Below, in pieces: positions 8,328 through 15,606 of a stretch of 64,000 bases of DNA. The notes below the pieces were generated by a model. It was not told the DNA's origin. It did no database searches and saw only the letters and a list, made by a program, of their open reading frames with translations. Within the stretch, counting starts at the first letter, position 1; each line of letters starts with the position of its first letter. The position numbers and the translations under genes are program-made. Origin of the DNA: Clostridia bacterium (GTDB lineage: Bacteria; Bacillota; Clostridia; Oscillospirales; CAG-272); NCBI GenBank assembly GCA_017411805.1, contig JAFQPI010000014.1, positions 10,060 to 74,059 of the forward strand, read 5' to 3'.

Positions 8328-9380
8328 TCACGCCATAAGTCCCATCACGAAGCAGGCGAAGCAAACACCGATGACAACGATATCGAAAGCCTTGAGTCTG
8401 ACTCCGCGGCGGTAGATGATGTAGCTGACGGTCGAGAAGATCATGGCGAAGAGAGAAACAATACCTCCGCCTCCTTCGAGCGCCCAATAGAGCAGCATTG
8501 CGGAGCATACGGGAATGAGTAACTTGTAGGATACCGCTGTGTTCGATATCTCCCCCGCGCTTTCTGCCCTTTTTCTGCCAAAGAAGAAGAGAGTGCCGAG
8601 GCAGAAGACGATTGCAAGCACGGAGACTACGATCGTGGTAATTACTATACCCTTTACATCTTCGTAAAATCCGCTGAAGCCTGCAGCCGCGTCACCGTAT
8701 GCTTCACTTATGACGCCCAATGGGTACCAGGCGATACCGAAAAATAAGACGTCGAGGTCAAAATTCTTAGCACTGATGTCAAACATATCGTAAAGAGTAA
8801 ACATGATCGGGCAGAGAATATGCTGCCAGGATAGAGCCGTGATCGTGCCGTCGACCGTTGAGTTGCAGAGAGAGAAGAAAAATGCGTTGAAGCAATAGAG
8901 AAACAGCGAGTAGAGCAGGGAAATTAAGAAGAAACCCCACAAAGGCACAAAATAGAGCTTATCGGCGCAAGGCGCAAGCCTTATAGCGTACCAGACGAAT
9001 GAAACGGTATAAGCGATCAGAAATTGCAGATATCCGTTGATCAGGTTGACCGAGAGCATGGATACCCGCGAGATCGGGAAGGAGAAAGCCGAGTCGAGAT
9101 ATTTGCGGTTGTTGAAGGCGGACATTTCGACCATCGGCAGACCCGTGCAGAGGATCGTGAGGATAAATACGTGTAAGCCGAGTCCGGGGCGGACGTACCA
9201 GTTGTAGGTATGGCCGTAATACTGCGAGTGCAGATAGGCATATTCACGGTCTCTGTGGTATTCGTCAAGAATACCCTGCGTCAGAAGCGTTATTGCAACC
9301 AGGCAGATAAAGGTGATGATCGCAAAGCGGATCAGAGTAGATCTCGAATGCTGCTTGAAATATCTTATAGTCATTTTCAT
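8328..9380 (-). CDS. multi-pass membrane protein, putative ABC-2-type permease partner
   Basis: Eight or more hydrophobic segments. The start overlaps the stop of the upstream ABC ATPase gene. Confidence 0.65.
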   Translation of the reverse strand: MKMTIRYFKQHSRSTLIRFAIITFICLVAITLLTQGILDEYHRDREYAYLHSQYYGHTYNWYVRPGLGLHVFILTILCTGLPMVEMSAFNNRKYLDSAFSFPISRVSMLSVNLINGYLQFLIAYTVSFVWYAIRLAPCADKLYFVPLWGFFLISLLYSLFLYCFNAFFFSLCNSTVDGTITALSWQHILCPIMFTLYDMFDISAKNFDLDVLFFGIAWYPLGVISEAYGDAAAGFSGFYEDVKGIVITTIVVSVLAIVFCLGTLFFFGRKRAESAGEISNTAVSYKLLIPVCSAMLLYWALEGGGGIVSLFAMIFSTVSYIIYRRGVRLKAFDIVVIGVCFACFVMGLMA

Positions 9381-10252
9381 GATCTGCCTCCTTTTACGTC
9401 GGTGATGAAGACGTCCTCGAAGCTGAGCTTTTCGCGGTCGATGACGGCGGGATTCAGCGCAAGGAGAGATTCGTAGAGCTTTTCGGGGTCGCCCTCAAGG
9501 GTGAGGGTGACGAATTTGCCGCGTACGTCGATGTCGCGCACGTTGAGATGCGAGAAGATAGCGGGGTTGGGTGCCTCGGTGAATGCGAGGGTATAACGGC
9601 TGTACTTTGCCGCGTGTTCCTCGAGTGAACCGTGCGACTTGATCGTTTGTCCTTCGATAAGCGCGTAAAGATCGCAGAAGGTCTCGAGCTCTGAGAGAGC
9701 GTGGGAGGAGATCACGACCGTCGAGCCGTTTTCCTCAACCGCGCGGTTGAGCTCGTCGATGACGGTCTTCTTCGTGAAGGCATCAAGACCGTCAAAGGCT
9801 TCGTCGAGCAGGAGATATTTGGGTCTTGCCGAAAGCGCGAGAGCGATATAGAACTGACGGCGCATACCCTTTGAGAAATTGCGCTGATGCGCCTTTTCGT
9901 CGAGCTTGAAGCGAGAAAGCAGCTCGCGGTAGAGCTCACGGTCGAGGTTGGGGTAGAATGTCTTGTATATGTCAAAAATTCCCGTGCCCGTTGACTGTCC
10001 CGCGTAATAGGGGTCGTCGGGCAGGAAAAAGATGTTTTCACGTACTGCGGGGATCGTCACGTTCTTGCCGTCGTACTGAACAGAGCCGCTGTCGGGAACG
10101 TAAACGCCCGACATCAAGCGCAGAAGGGTCGATTTGCCCGAGCCGTTCGTACCGACAAGACCGAGGATCTTGCCGTCCGGAACGGTCATCGAAATATCCT
10201 CGAGGATGACTCTGCCGCCGAGTGAATGTGAATTAATATTGATGTTGATCAT
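9377..10252 (-). CDS. ABC transporter ATP-binding protein
   Basis: Walker A GTNGSGKST, signature-like FSKGMRRQ, Walker B LLLDEAFDGLD. Confidence 0.85.
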   Translation of the reverse strand: MINININSHSLGGRVILEDISMTVPDGKILGLVGTNGSGKSTLLRLMSGVYVPDSGSVQYDGKNVTIPAVRENIFFLPDDPYYAGQSTGTGIFDIYKTFYPNLDRELYRELLSRFKLDEKAHQRNFSKGMRRQFYIALALSARPKYLLLDEAFDGLDAFTKKTVIDELNRAVEENGSTVVISSHALSELETFCDLYALIEGQTIKSHGSLEEHAAKYSRYTLAFTEAPNPAIFSHLNVRDIDVRGKFVTLTLEGDPEKLYESLLALNPAVIDREKLSFEDVFITDVKGGRS

Positions 10253-10605
10253 TTGCCGTACACCTCCGAGATAAGTGTGTCGAGTGCCTCGTGCGATAGT
10301 CCTTTTTCTTTGAGAGAAATGAGAATATCCCGCGCGTCGCTTGTGAGTGTGTCTTCTTTTTCTGCCTCTTCGTCAGGGCTTGCAACGTAAACGCCCTTTT
10401 TGGGCAGAGTATAGATCAGACCGCGCTCCTCAAGATACGAGTACGCGCGCGCCATAGTGTTAGGGTTGATGCCCATCTCCTGCGCCGCCGCTCTTACCGA
10501 GGGGAGCTTTTCGCCCGGCGAAAGAATGCCGAGGCGGATGTAGGATTCGAATTTTTCCGCGACCTCAAGATAGATTTCGCGTTTTCCGGAAAAATCCGGC
10601 TTCAT
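10249..10605 (-). CDS. GntR-family (YtrA-subfamily) transcriptional regulator
   Basis: Winged-HTH block LPSVRAAAQEMGINPNTMARAYSYLEERGLI. About 118 aa. SD GAGGTGG precedes the ATG at 10605. Confidence 0.85.
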   Translation of the reverse strand: MKPDFSGKREIYLEVAEKFESYIRLGILSPGEKLPSVRAAAQEMGINPNTMARAYSYLEERGLIYTLPKKGVYVASPDEEAEKEDTLTSDARDILISLKEKGLSHEALDTLISEVYGK

Positions 10606-10652
10606 GTATACCACCTCACTTCTGTGTGAACTGTGTTATCTGTACTAACTGT

Positions 10653-10681
10653 ATTATATCACAGGCATTGGAGTTTGTCAA
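10653..10681 (-). promoter_or_regulatory. consensus sigma-A promoter of the GntR/ABC operon
   Basis: Minus strand: TTGACA, 17 nt, TATAAT. Repeated ACAGTT motifs follow in the leader and are a possible operator. Confidence 0.7.
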
Positions 10682-10724
10682 TAGGGTTTGAGAAATTTTG
10701 TTTGGTGGATAGAGGAGAAATATA

Positions 10725-10792
10725 GCGACTAGTGACGGAAAAAGTGACCAGTGACTAGTGACTAGTGACTAGTGACTAGTGACTAGTGAATG
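10725..10792. repeat. heptad tandem array (GTGACTA)n, left
   Basis: Five perfect GTGACTA units at 10751-10785. Degenerate units flank them: GTGACCA, GTGAATG, and GCGACTAGTGACGG further left. Confidence 0.9.
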
Positions 10793-11022
10793 GTAATTTT
10801 CCTCGCGTTGCTCGGAAAATATTTCTATTGATAGTTTAATTTGGTGTTGATATACAAATGTTGAGTTGGATAATTAAATACAAACAAAAAAATCTCGGAT
10901 ATTATGAAGCAAAACTTCGTAGTATCCGAGATTTTTTTATTTGTTTTATTTTCGCACAGTACTAAATCTGATCAGCACTGCACAAAATTATTAATCGGTA
11001 ATTTTCGCTACAGCGAAAATTT
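10792..11022. mobile_element. candidate non-autonomous insert (MITE/PATE-like) bounded by two similar hairpins
   Basis: GGTAATTTTC plus a hairpin occurs at 10792-10820 and again at 10997-11022 in the same orientation. The core is AT-rich. There is no ORF, and heptad arrays flank both sides. Confidence 0.3.
10885..10939. terminator. bidirectional rho-independent terminator
   Basis: A8 run, then ATCTCGGATA...TATCCGAGAT hairpin, then T7 run. Confidence 0.75.
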
Positions 11023-11028
11023 TCCTTC

Positions 11029-11068
11029 CACTAGTGACTAGTGACTAGTCACTAGTCACTAGTCACTA
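11029..11068. repeat. heptad array (SACTAGT)n forming a perfect 34-bp palindrome, right
   Basis: CACTAGT GACTAGT GACTAGT CACTAGT CACTAGT CACTA. I checked the palindrome 11030-11063 base by base. It starts 10 bp after the stop codon of the 11074-12480 gene. Confidence 0.9.
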
Positions 11069-11073
11069 ATTAA

Positions 11074-12480
11074 TCAGTCTCTCTTCTTGAATACAATAGC
11101 GGTTCCGAGGATAGCAACGATCATAGCTGCGCCTGCAACGAATCCGCCGCAGCCCTTTTCTTCAGCGGGAGCCTCGGTGCCGGGAGCGGGAGTCTGCTCG
11201 GGAGCCGCTGTGGGAGCATCGGTAGCTTCGGGAGAATCGGTAGCTTCGGGAGCGTCCGTGGTGGCTTCGGGTGCCTTTGTGGCTTCGTCCGTTGTTGCGG
11301 GAGCCTCTGTGGTATCGGGAGCCTCAGTCTTTTCGGGGTAAGCTGCGGCAAGACGATCGTGGATGCCCTTAGCGCAAGCATCAACGACGGCTGCGGCATC
11401 AGCGGTAAGACCTACTGCAAAGATCTGGTCAAGTCCTGCCTGTCCGCTTCCCTGGTCACCGAGGAAGAGGATATCATTGACAACGGCTGCGTTGCAGAGG
11501 GAGTATACACCAACGGCGATAAGGATATCGTCACGTGAAATGGGAAGATTGGTGTTATCGGCTGTGACCTCGATATTTGCTACGGGAGTAAGAAGGGTCT
11601 TGTCGTAGATTCCTACCTTGCCGGTCTTCTGAGTGGTAACGAAAAGGTAGTTGTTCCAGATAGCAACGCCGTATGCAGTATCATGAGCGAACTCGTTGAG
11701 GATAAGAGAACCGTCAGAGGAGAGAACGAGAACCTTCGCACCGGCGGAATTGTTTCCTGCGAGGTAGATGGTGCCGTCGGTGTCAACGTCAAGGTAGTTG
11801 CCTTCCTTGAGGCTGTAGGGCTCCTTCTGAAGGTCGATGAGACCGCCTTCGCCGAAAGCTGTGTCGAGAACGGGATTTGCGGGATCTGTAACGTTGAAGC
11901 GAGCAAGATAGTCAACGTCGTAGTTTACAACAACGTATGCATAGTAGTTTCCGTTTAATTTTTCGACTGTAATACCGTTTACGCCGGTTTTTACGGAATC
12001 GCTGGTGGTAACGATATTTGCGTAGCCAATCTGTTTGATCGTGTTATTATCAAAAGTAAAGGCTGCAATGTCTGCTCTGCCGTAGTTGGGATACCATGCA
12101 AGTGCTGCATAGAGGTAACCTCTGTCATCGGTAGCAAGACCCTTGGGATAGGATACTGATCCGTCGGGCTGGACGAATTGAAATCCTGCAACTACCTTAC
12201 CGGTTGCGATCTCCGACATTTCGATAGCAGAGGATCCCTTGGGGTTGAGATATCCGCCGAATGCGTATTTGCCATCCTGAGAGATAGCCATGCCGCGCAT
12301 CTGGTACTTACCGTAGAAAAGTGAGTCATCTCCGGTATAGCTAAGTCCATTGCTGGACTGCATGATAAGGGTGTACTTGAATGCTGCTGCCTCAGTATCG
12401 GTAAGTGCCGCAGAGGGAAGAACGAATACTGACGCGAGGATCGTGAGTGTAAGTAAGAGTGTAATAAGCTTTTTCATCAT
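11074..12480 (-). CDS. secreted beta-propeller-like surface protein with T/P/A/E-rich linker and C-terminal membrane anchor
   Basis: Signal peptide MMKKLITLLLTLTILASVFVLPSAA. Beta-strand-rich body. Linker repeats of the form PEATDAPEATDSPEATD. C-terminus GCGGFVAGAAMIVAILGTAIVFKKRD. SD AAAGGAG. Confidence 0.7.
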   Translation of the reverse strand: MMKKLITLLLTLTILASVFVLPSAALTDTEAAAFKYTLIMQSSNGLSYTGDDSLFYGKYQMRGMAISQDGKYAFGGYLNPKGSSAIEMSEIATGKVVAGFQFVQPDGSVSYPKGLATDDRGYLYAALAWYPNYGRADIAAFTFDNNTIKQIGYANIVTTSDSVKTGVNGITVEKLNGNYYAYVVVNYDVDYLARFNVTDPANPVLDTAFGEGGLIDLQKEPYSLKEGNYLDVDTDGTIYLAGNNSAGAKVLVLSSDGSLILNEFAHDTAYGVAIWNNYLFVTTQKTGKVGIYDKTLLTPVANIEVTADNTNLPISRDDILIAVGVYSLCNAAVVNDILFLGDQGSGQAGLDQIFAVGLTADAAAVVDACAKGIHDRLAAAYPEKTEAPDTTEAPATTDEATKAPEATTDAPEATDSPEATDAPTAAPEQTPAPGTEAPAEEKGCGGFVAGAAMIVAILGTAIVFKKRD

Positions 12481-12565
12481 AATGCTCCTTTCATATTCGG
12501 AATTAACCGGTTAACAATATTATAGTATGTTTTTTCAATAATGTCAAGTGATTTTACAAAATGAC

Positions 12566-12594
12566 TTGATTTTTGCACCGAACTGAGATATAAT
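12566..12594 (+). promoter_or_regulatory. sigma-A promoter
   Basis: TTGATT, 17 nt, TATAAT, about 30 nt before the ATG at 12626. Confidence 0.6.
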
Positions 12595-12625
12595 TTAGAT
12601 AATAAATCGAAAGCGAGCGTAAAAA

Positions 12626-13510
12626 ATGAGAATTGCAGTATCTTCAAAGTTTGCAGAGAGAGCCCGAGAAGGCGTACTTGGATCGAAAGAAAGCTTTTCC
12701 CTCGTGAAAAATGCGGGCTTCGATGCTCTTGAGATAGATCTTTCAAGAGGGATCGGCGGCGCGGCTCTCCGGTCGGATAATTGGAAGGACGGGATGATCT
12801 CGATCCGAAATGCCGCAGAAGCTAATGGGTTGGAGATCGTTTCCGCGCATGCACCGCATGACCCGAGGTTATATATCCCCGAAACCGAACCGTCGGCTGA
12901 GGAAAGAGCTTGCTTTGACGCTCTGCTTGTTCGCTCAGCCGAGGCGGCAAAGCTTCTTGGCGCGGGTATTCTCGTCGTTCATCCTGTTGACGATCTGATA
13001 AATGCGGAGTACGACAGCACGGTAAATCTTGAAACGAATAAAAAATACCTCGGCGGAGTTGTTGCCGAGGCAGAGAAGTATGGAATAAAGATCGCGGTTG
13101 AGAACGTCTACTATTCGAGCGCGTATCGTCTTCGCCGCCGCTACGGTGAGAGCTCGGAGGACGTTATCAAGCTTGCGGACGCGTTAGGCGCGGGAATTTG
13201 CTGGAACTGCGGACACGCTCATCCGGTGACGATGGATCAGGCGCGTGCCGTCAAGAAGATCGGCGAGAGGATGATCCTTATGCACCTCAGCGACAGCCGC
13301 GGACATACGGACGCGGGACTGCCCCCGATGATCGGCGGCGGAAATATCAAATGGGAGCAGATCATGCCCGCGGTCGCCGAGATCGGATATGAGGGTTACG
13401 CGGTCCTTACCGCCGAAAGCTATCTTCCCATGATGCCAAGAGTACTCCAACCCGATGCCGCCGCTTTCGCAAGAACTGTTTGCCGCAGACTCGAGGAGTT
13501 GGCGAGATAA
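12626..13510 (+). CDS. sugar phosphate isomerase/epimerase (xylose isomerase-like TIM barrel)
   Basis: Family-typical blocks: GFDALEI, ILVVHP, IKIAVEN, HLSDS. Confidence 0.8.
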   Translation: MRIAVSSKFAERAREGVLGSKESFSLVKNAGFDALEIDLSRGIGGAALRSDNWKDGMISIRNAAEANGLEIVSAHAPHDPRLYIPETEPSAEERACFDALLVRSAEAAKLLGAGILVVHPVDDLINAEYDSTVNLETNKKYLGGVVAEAEKYGIKIAVENVYYSSAYRLRRRYGESSEDVIKLADALGAGICWNCGHAHPVTMDQARAVKKIGERMILMHLSDSRGHTDAGLPPMIGGGNIKWEQIMPAVAEIGYEGYAVLTAESYLPMMPRVLQPDAAAFARTVCRRLEELAR

Positions 13511-13548
13511 AACAAAATCACCGCGCGGAGCGCGGTGATTTTGTTTTT
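13506..13548. terminator. palindromic repeat T, copy T3 (bidirectional terminator)
   Basis: GATAAAACAAAATCACCGCGC-gga-GCGCGGTGATTTTGTTTTT. It overlaps the stop codons of both convergent genes and is identical over 43 nt to the copy at 15606-15648. Confidence 0.85.
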
Positions 13549-14656
13549 AGAATTCCTTTTTGTTTCCTATAAAGGGTTTGTATTTTGCGATGATTGCTTC
13601 CATTTGCGGCAAATCCTTCAATTTCTGATATGATGTGCTGCCAATAAGGTTATCAAGTTCACGTGCCACGTCGTTCTTTTCCGTTCCGGAGTTTATGTTG
13701 TGAGTGTCAAATACGTTACCTCTCACGAGAAAAGACGTGTGCTTGGTTGTTTGAGGCAGATCGTCGTATGCTTTAGCGTATTTCAGTCCTTTTTCGAAAT
13801 TTTCAAAAGCCGAATCATAATTATCCAAATACGTGTATCTGTGAGCTATCCAAATATGTAATTCGCTCAAATGATAATTCCAGAACCCGTAATCTTCGTC
13901 GTCAAATATCAGCTTAATCATTGAGATTGCTTTTTTTAGAATACGAATGGATTCGCGCGGTTCCTTCGTTTCCAAAGCCATATTGCGAATATCCACAAAA
14001 ATATCCTCAGCAAATTTTGCTATTTTGGTACGAACTTGCGCCCACCAATCATCGCTGCCTTTTTCAAAACATCCCAGAAGCTCTTCCTCCTGTGTGAATT
14101 CTAAACTCGGGAATCGTTTGGCGGTCTCAATGGCTTTGTCCATCCTACCGTCAATCACATATAAACTACCGAGAATTGACAGCGCGGAGTATCGCACTTG
14201 ATCTACCGCACATTCATCCAGCACCCGTTCGCAAAGACGGTAAAGTTCTTCCTTGTGTACTTCGTTACCGTATGGGTCAACGCAGTTGGGATCATAGTAG
14301 AGCTTCCACATATAATCCTCCACGATTCTCCAATCATTGGGAAACTCCTCGTAAGCGGACACGATCAGATCAAAAGCTTCGCTCTCTTTGCCAAGAGCGC
14401 AAAGCCTGTTTCGCTCATTTATGATTTCTTGGATTCTTGCTTCGGTTTTAGCGGCATCCAATCCGAGCAGTTCGTCGGTGGATACGCCGAAATAGGATGC
14501 AAGCGGTAGTACCATACTGATATCGGGAAGAGTTTCGTTACGCTCCCATTTAGAAACGGCGGTTGTTGAAATATGCATACGTTCCGCAAGCTTTTCCTGA
14601 GTAATACCCTTTTGTCTGCGAAGGCGTTTGATGTTTTCGCCAATGTAAAGATTCAT
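13547..14656 (-). CDS. XRE-family HTH regulator with C-terminal TPR-like helical repeat domain (RNPP-like architecture)
   Basis: N-terminal HTH_3 block IKRLRRQKGITQEKLAERMHISTTAVSKWERNETLPD. About 300 aa of Y/W/L-rich helical repeats follow. The gene is AT-rich. SD GAGGT. Confidence 0.8.
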   Translation of the reverse strand: MNLYIGENIKRLRRQKGITQEKLAERMHISTTAVSKWERNETLPDISMVLPLASYFGVSTDELLGLDAAKTEARIQEIINERNRLCALGKESEAFDLIVSAYEEFPNDWRIVEDYMWKLYYDPNCVDPYGNEVHKEELYRLCERVLDECAVDQVRYSALSILGSLYVIDGRMDKAIETAKRFPSLEFTQEEELLGCFEKGSDDWWAQVRTKIAKFAEDIFVDIRNMALETKEPRESIRILKKAISMIKLIFDDEDYGFWNYHLSELHIWIAHRYTYLDNYDSAFENFEKGLKYAKAYDDLPQTTKHTSFLVRGNVFDTHNINSGTEKNDVARELDNLIGSTSYQKLKDLPQMEAIIAKYKPFIGNKKEF

Positions 14657-14704
14657 CTTGTTTACCTCGTTTCACGAAAATTTGTCACCGGTGTTTTCGG
14701 ATAT

Positions 14705-14733
14705 ATTATACACCATTAATGAAATTTCCGCAA
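14705..14733 (-). promoter_or_regulatory. sigma-A promoter for the HTH-TPR gene
   Basis: Minus strand: TTGCGG, 17 nt, TATAAT. It lies within the decayed four-helix-bundle gene remnant. Confidence 0.55.
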
Positions 14734-14766
14734 GAGAAGGATACGCCATAGGATTTAACCGACGGT

Positions 14767-14844
14767 TTAATAATTCAAGCGTTGTTCTGCATAAATGTTC
14801 GCGAAAATGCTTGATGAATACACAAGTAACGGATTTTTTGCCAT
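14767..14844 (-). pseudogene. decayed copy of the four-helix-bundle protein gene
   Basis: Encodes MAKNPLLVYSSSIFANIYAEQRLNY followed by a stop. The first 10 codons and the SSS-FANI block align to the intact copy at 15068-15421, with about 28 codons deleted and downstream decay. Confidence 0.7.
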
Positions 14845-14866
14845 AGATATCGCCTCGCATCTTAAT

Positions 14867-15029
14867 CACGCGTAAGCGTGTATGGAATCCGCAGCTTGCT
14901 GCGGTATGGAATTGCGACGAAGTCGCGAATGGAATCAAGCCGCAGAGATAATACACCAAGGTGATGCCATACGGCTGCGCCGATGCCATACACGCTGAAG
15001 CGTGATTCCATACCAAGCCTGCGGCTTGG
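14867..15029. repeat. structured repeat R, copy A (hairpin ladder; candidate ncRNA or protein-binding array)
   Basis: Seven short GC hairpins are separated by 8-nt linkers: TATGGAAT x2 and AATGGAAT, then ATGCCATA x2 and ATTCCATA. Nearly identical to 15444-15606. Confidence 0.85.
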
Positions 15030-15068
15030 ATAAAACAAAATCACCGCGCGGAGCGCGGTGATTTGTTT
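15029..15068. terminator. palindromic repeat T, copy T2
   Basis: Same palindrome as T1 and T3, with a shortened T-run (TTTGTTTC). Confidence 0.8.
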
Positions 15069-15421
15069 CAACTTTGTTTTAATTTGTTTTCTATTGTAAT
15101 GCAGGAGGAGGTTAACATTCTGCGTATTCTACCGCAAAGATTACGGTATTCCTTAAAAGTCACTTCGTCGATGCCTCCGGAAGAAAGGATCAATTTGAGC
15201 CAACTCTCGGTTTCCATACATTCCTTTCGGGCAATTTCGAATTTTGAGAGCATATCGGCAAGACTCTGAGGATACTGTGCTTCCGAAATGTTGGCAAATA
15301 CGCTTGATGAAGACTTTTTGATCTGGTATGCAGCATTTGAATCTATTTTGTGATTATTACAAAGAGCCGCAATTTCACATGCCAGTACTTCTGAATACTC
15401 AAGTAACGGATTTTTTGCCAT
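15068..15421 (-). CDS. four-helix-bundle protein (23S rRNA intervening-sequence protein / Avd-like family)
   Basis: Family-typical core QIKKSSSSVFANISEAQYPQSLADMLSKFEIARKECMETESWLKLI. 117 aa. SD AGGTGA lies 5 nt before the ATG at 15421. Confidence 0.8.
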   Translation of the reverse strand: MAKNPLLEYSEVLACEIAALCNNHKIDSNAAYQIKKSSSSVFANISEAQYPQSLADMLSKFEIARKECMETESWLKLILSSGGIDEVTFKEYRNLCGRIRRMLTSSCITIENKLKQS

Positions 15422-15443
15422 AGATATCACCTCGCATCTTAAT

Positions 15444-15606
15444 CACGCGTAAGCGTGTATGGAATCCGCAGCTTGCTACGGTATGGAATTGCGACGAAGT
15501 CGCGAATGGAATCAAGCCGCAGAGAAAATACATCAAGGTGATGCCATACGGCTACGCCGATGCCATACACGCTGAAGCGTGATTCCATACCAAGCCTGCG
15601 GCTTGG
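15444..15606. repeat. structured repeat R, copy B
   Basis: Differs from copy A at 5 substitutions within R. The repeat unit actually spans 15392-15648 versus 14815-15068, a period of 577 bp. Confidence 0.85.

Noticed and set aside
12477-12746. An 89-aa minus-strand ORF overlapping the start of the sugar isomerase gene and its promoter.
   Set aside because: It overlaps a well-supported + strand gene and a TTGATT-17-TATAAT promoter. It has no RBS and no recognisable motif.
14867-15606. R as a miniature CRISPR-like array, with 8-nt repeats separated by 11-28 nt.
   Set aside because: The repeats are far too short and occur in both orientations. The 'spacers' are themselves palindromic hairpins and are duplicated between copies. 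There are no cas genes and no leader.
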